From Octopus vulgaris (lineage: Eukaryota): DNA of 64,000 nucleotides. The position numbers and the translations under genes are program-made. Shown one piece after another: positions 61,963 through 64,000 of the stretch. The stretch is taken from assembly GCA_951406725.2 (NCBI GenBank), contig OX597824.1, positions 65,100,001-65,164,000 on the forward strand. The letters are read 5' to 3'. How positions within the stretch are numbered: the first letter of the stretch is position 1; each line of letters starts with the position of its first letter. The notes under the pieces are model-generated. The model worked only from the letters and a program-made list of their open reading frames with translations, was not told where the DNA came from and searched no databases.

Positions 61963-63099
61963 CTGCAAAATGAAAGAACAGATTTCATGAATTATATTTA
62001 GCTTATTGAATTTCAACTGATAATTAACTGCTTTCCCATATTAAGAATCATGGGGGCTATTAAAATATTCACTGTTCTTTACTAACACTATCAGTATGTG
62101 CCAACAATTCATATATCTAATTTTCATCTGTTGTTATCAACAATAAACAGGACATCATATAGGAGAAGATGGGTCACAGTACATCCACAGAAGGTTCTGC
62201 CACAGATCAGGCACAGGTGGTTTGCTGGGAATGAAGCTGGCTCTGGACTTGCACAGCTCATGTTTACTTTGTGCTCCTGTGATCCTATTTTGTTTGTAGG
62301 TGGCATATACCTATAATCTGAGTGACTACTAGATTAAGTGATAAGTCAATTATTATTATTATTGAATTAAAGTTTAATTTTTAGAGATGGGTAACTAAGT
62401 TTCAAAGGCAAATGTATTTGAAGTTTTAAGGGGAATTTTTGAGCAGGTATGTAAAGTATGGCTTGGAAGAATTCTCTCCAACATGGCATTTCAGCCTTTC
62501 TTGTATTCTTTTGTCATCTCTTTTGAGGGGTTCAGTTACCTGAGATCAGCTTTCACTCTCTCAGCCCTTTTCTTCTTTTTGCAGTAGTTCCTTCCACATG
62601 AATTTCTTTAAATGTGTGTGTATATATACATATACATACATGCACGCACACATACACACACACACACCTACACATATACATTGTCAGTAAATATGACTAG
62701 GGTATAAGAACACCTACAATGCTAGAAAAAAGAGCTAAAAGGCCCTAATGCTGTAGTTAAAGCACATAATTGTATACATATGTATTGACATGGACTGTAA
62801 TTGCCCACAAACACTGGTCTAGAATTCCCTATACTGATCGATCAGTTTTGGCTAATTGTGTAGCCTCATCAATCGAGACCGCTCAACTCAGCTGATTCCA
62901 GACTTAATTCTCTGTTCAGTACATACGTATTCACCATGATGCTTCCAAAGTGTATGTATATATATATATATACACTTTGGAAGCATCAAATGTGGTTGGT
63001 ATTTTGCAGATAAAAAAGTAAATTTTGAGCACATTTAAGCTGAAAGGATAGTAGAAAAAGATTGGGTATTTATCCTTATAAGACAGAAAAAAGTTGTCA

Positions 63100-63173
63100 G
63101 CAGGTGGCTACAGGACTTAAACCTATACCCCTCACATACCAGCTGAGTGCTCTAATCATTAAGCTAAACAGCT
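63100..63173 (-). pseudogene. tRNA-like pseudogene or repeat module (GGT anticodon, Thr-like)
   Basis: D arm gcttaatgattagagc, anticodon arm ctcag-ctGGTat-gtgag, T arm atagg-tttaagt-cctgt; the acceptor stem does not pair. Confidence 0.5.
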
Positions 63174-63359
63174 CTCCTGACAACAATTATTGTCAATTTT
63201 AATGCTAAATAATAGCTTCCGAATACATCATTTTATATATAAAACTTTGGAAGTATCGAACGTGGTTGGTATTTTGCAGACAAGAAATCAAATTTCAAAC
63301 ACAGTAAAGCTGTAAGGACAACAGAGAAATATTGAGTATTTACCCATATATGACAGAAT

Positions 63360-63906
63360 GCTGAGGGAATCTGTGGTGGAGGTAGACCCAGAAAGACATA
63401 GGACAAGATGGGGAAGCATGATTTCGAACTTTGGGCCTCACAGAGGCAATGACTAGTGACCAAGACCTTTGGTGGTATGTTGTGCTTGAGACGACCTGTC
63501 AAGCCAAGTGAAATCATAGTCATGACTGATGCTGGTGTCACTTAACTGGCACATAAGAAGCACCTTTCAAGCATTGGGCTTCACAGAGGAAAGGTGAGTG
63601 AGCTCCTTTCAAGTGTTGGGCCTTAACGAAAACAAGACTGAGACCGTTGGTATTATGTCATGCTTGAGAAGACCCATCAAACCAAATAAAATCACAGTCA
63701 TGGCAGATACTTGTGTCACACAAATGACACGCATGCTGGTGGCACATAAAAGCACCCATTACACTCTCAGAGTGGCTGGCATTAAGAAGGGCATCAAGCC
63801 ATAGAAACCATGCCAAGTTGGAGTTTTGTGCAGCCTTCCAGCTTGCCAGCCCTGGTCAAACTATCCAACCCATGCCAGCATGGACAGTGGAACCTAAATG
63901 ATGATG
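63360..63906 (+). mobile_element. RTE LINE 3' fragment
   Basis: Degenerate EGICGGGRPRKT.DK..KHDFELWA C-terminus and the caacccatgccagcatgg...aaatgatgatg tail. Confidence 0.75.
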
Positions 63907-64000
63907 GTGTGTGTGTGTGTGTGTGTGAATTTGTTTGTGTGTGGGTGTGAATGTGTGTATTGTGATCATCATCATCATTTAACATCTATGTTCTATGTTG

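Noticed and set aside
63100-63173. Functional tRNA-Thr(GGT) gene
   Set aside because: The acceptor stem is unpaired, the anticodon stem has a mismatch and the T loop is degenerate; kept only as a pseudogene-like module. SINE heads elsewhere were rejected as tRNAs for the same reasons.

Overview
AT-rich, microsatellite- and SINE-dense eukaryotic (metazoan) DNA. The repeat families resemble those of coleoid cephalopods (Octopus); this is an inference. Three spliced genes can be rebuilt with GT-AG introns and consistent phases: a ZNF410-like C2H2 zinc-finger gene (+, 8 coding exons, 4202..26956, about 589 aa, six fingers), an EFCAB11-like EF-hand gene (-, 6 coding exons, 40836..29213, 174 aa) and alpha-SNAP/NAPA (-, 8 exons visible, 61962..51117, first exon outside the window). 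Introns and spacers carry decayed Tc1 (DD34E), maT (DD37D), mariner, Tigger, Helitron, piggyBac-type MITE, RTE, R4/Dong-like and Gypsy remnants plus many tRNA-derived SINEs. There is no CRISPR array or prokaryotic system, and no new system is proven. The best leads are: a 21-unit 62-bp alternating minisatellite inside an RTE 3' UTR, several degenerate type I hammerhead-ribozyme motifs tied to palindromic repeats, a 280-bp hairpin in the ZNF410 3' UTR, a perfect 111-bp intronic duplication, and an extra zinc finger in ZNF410. Orthology calls rest on recalled vertebrate sequences, not on a database search.
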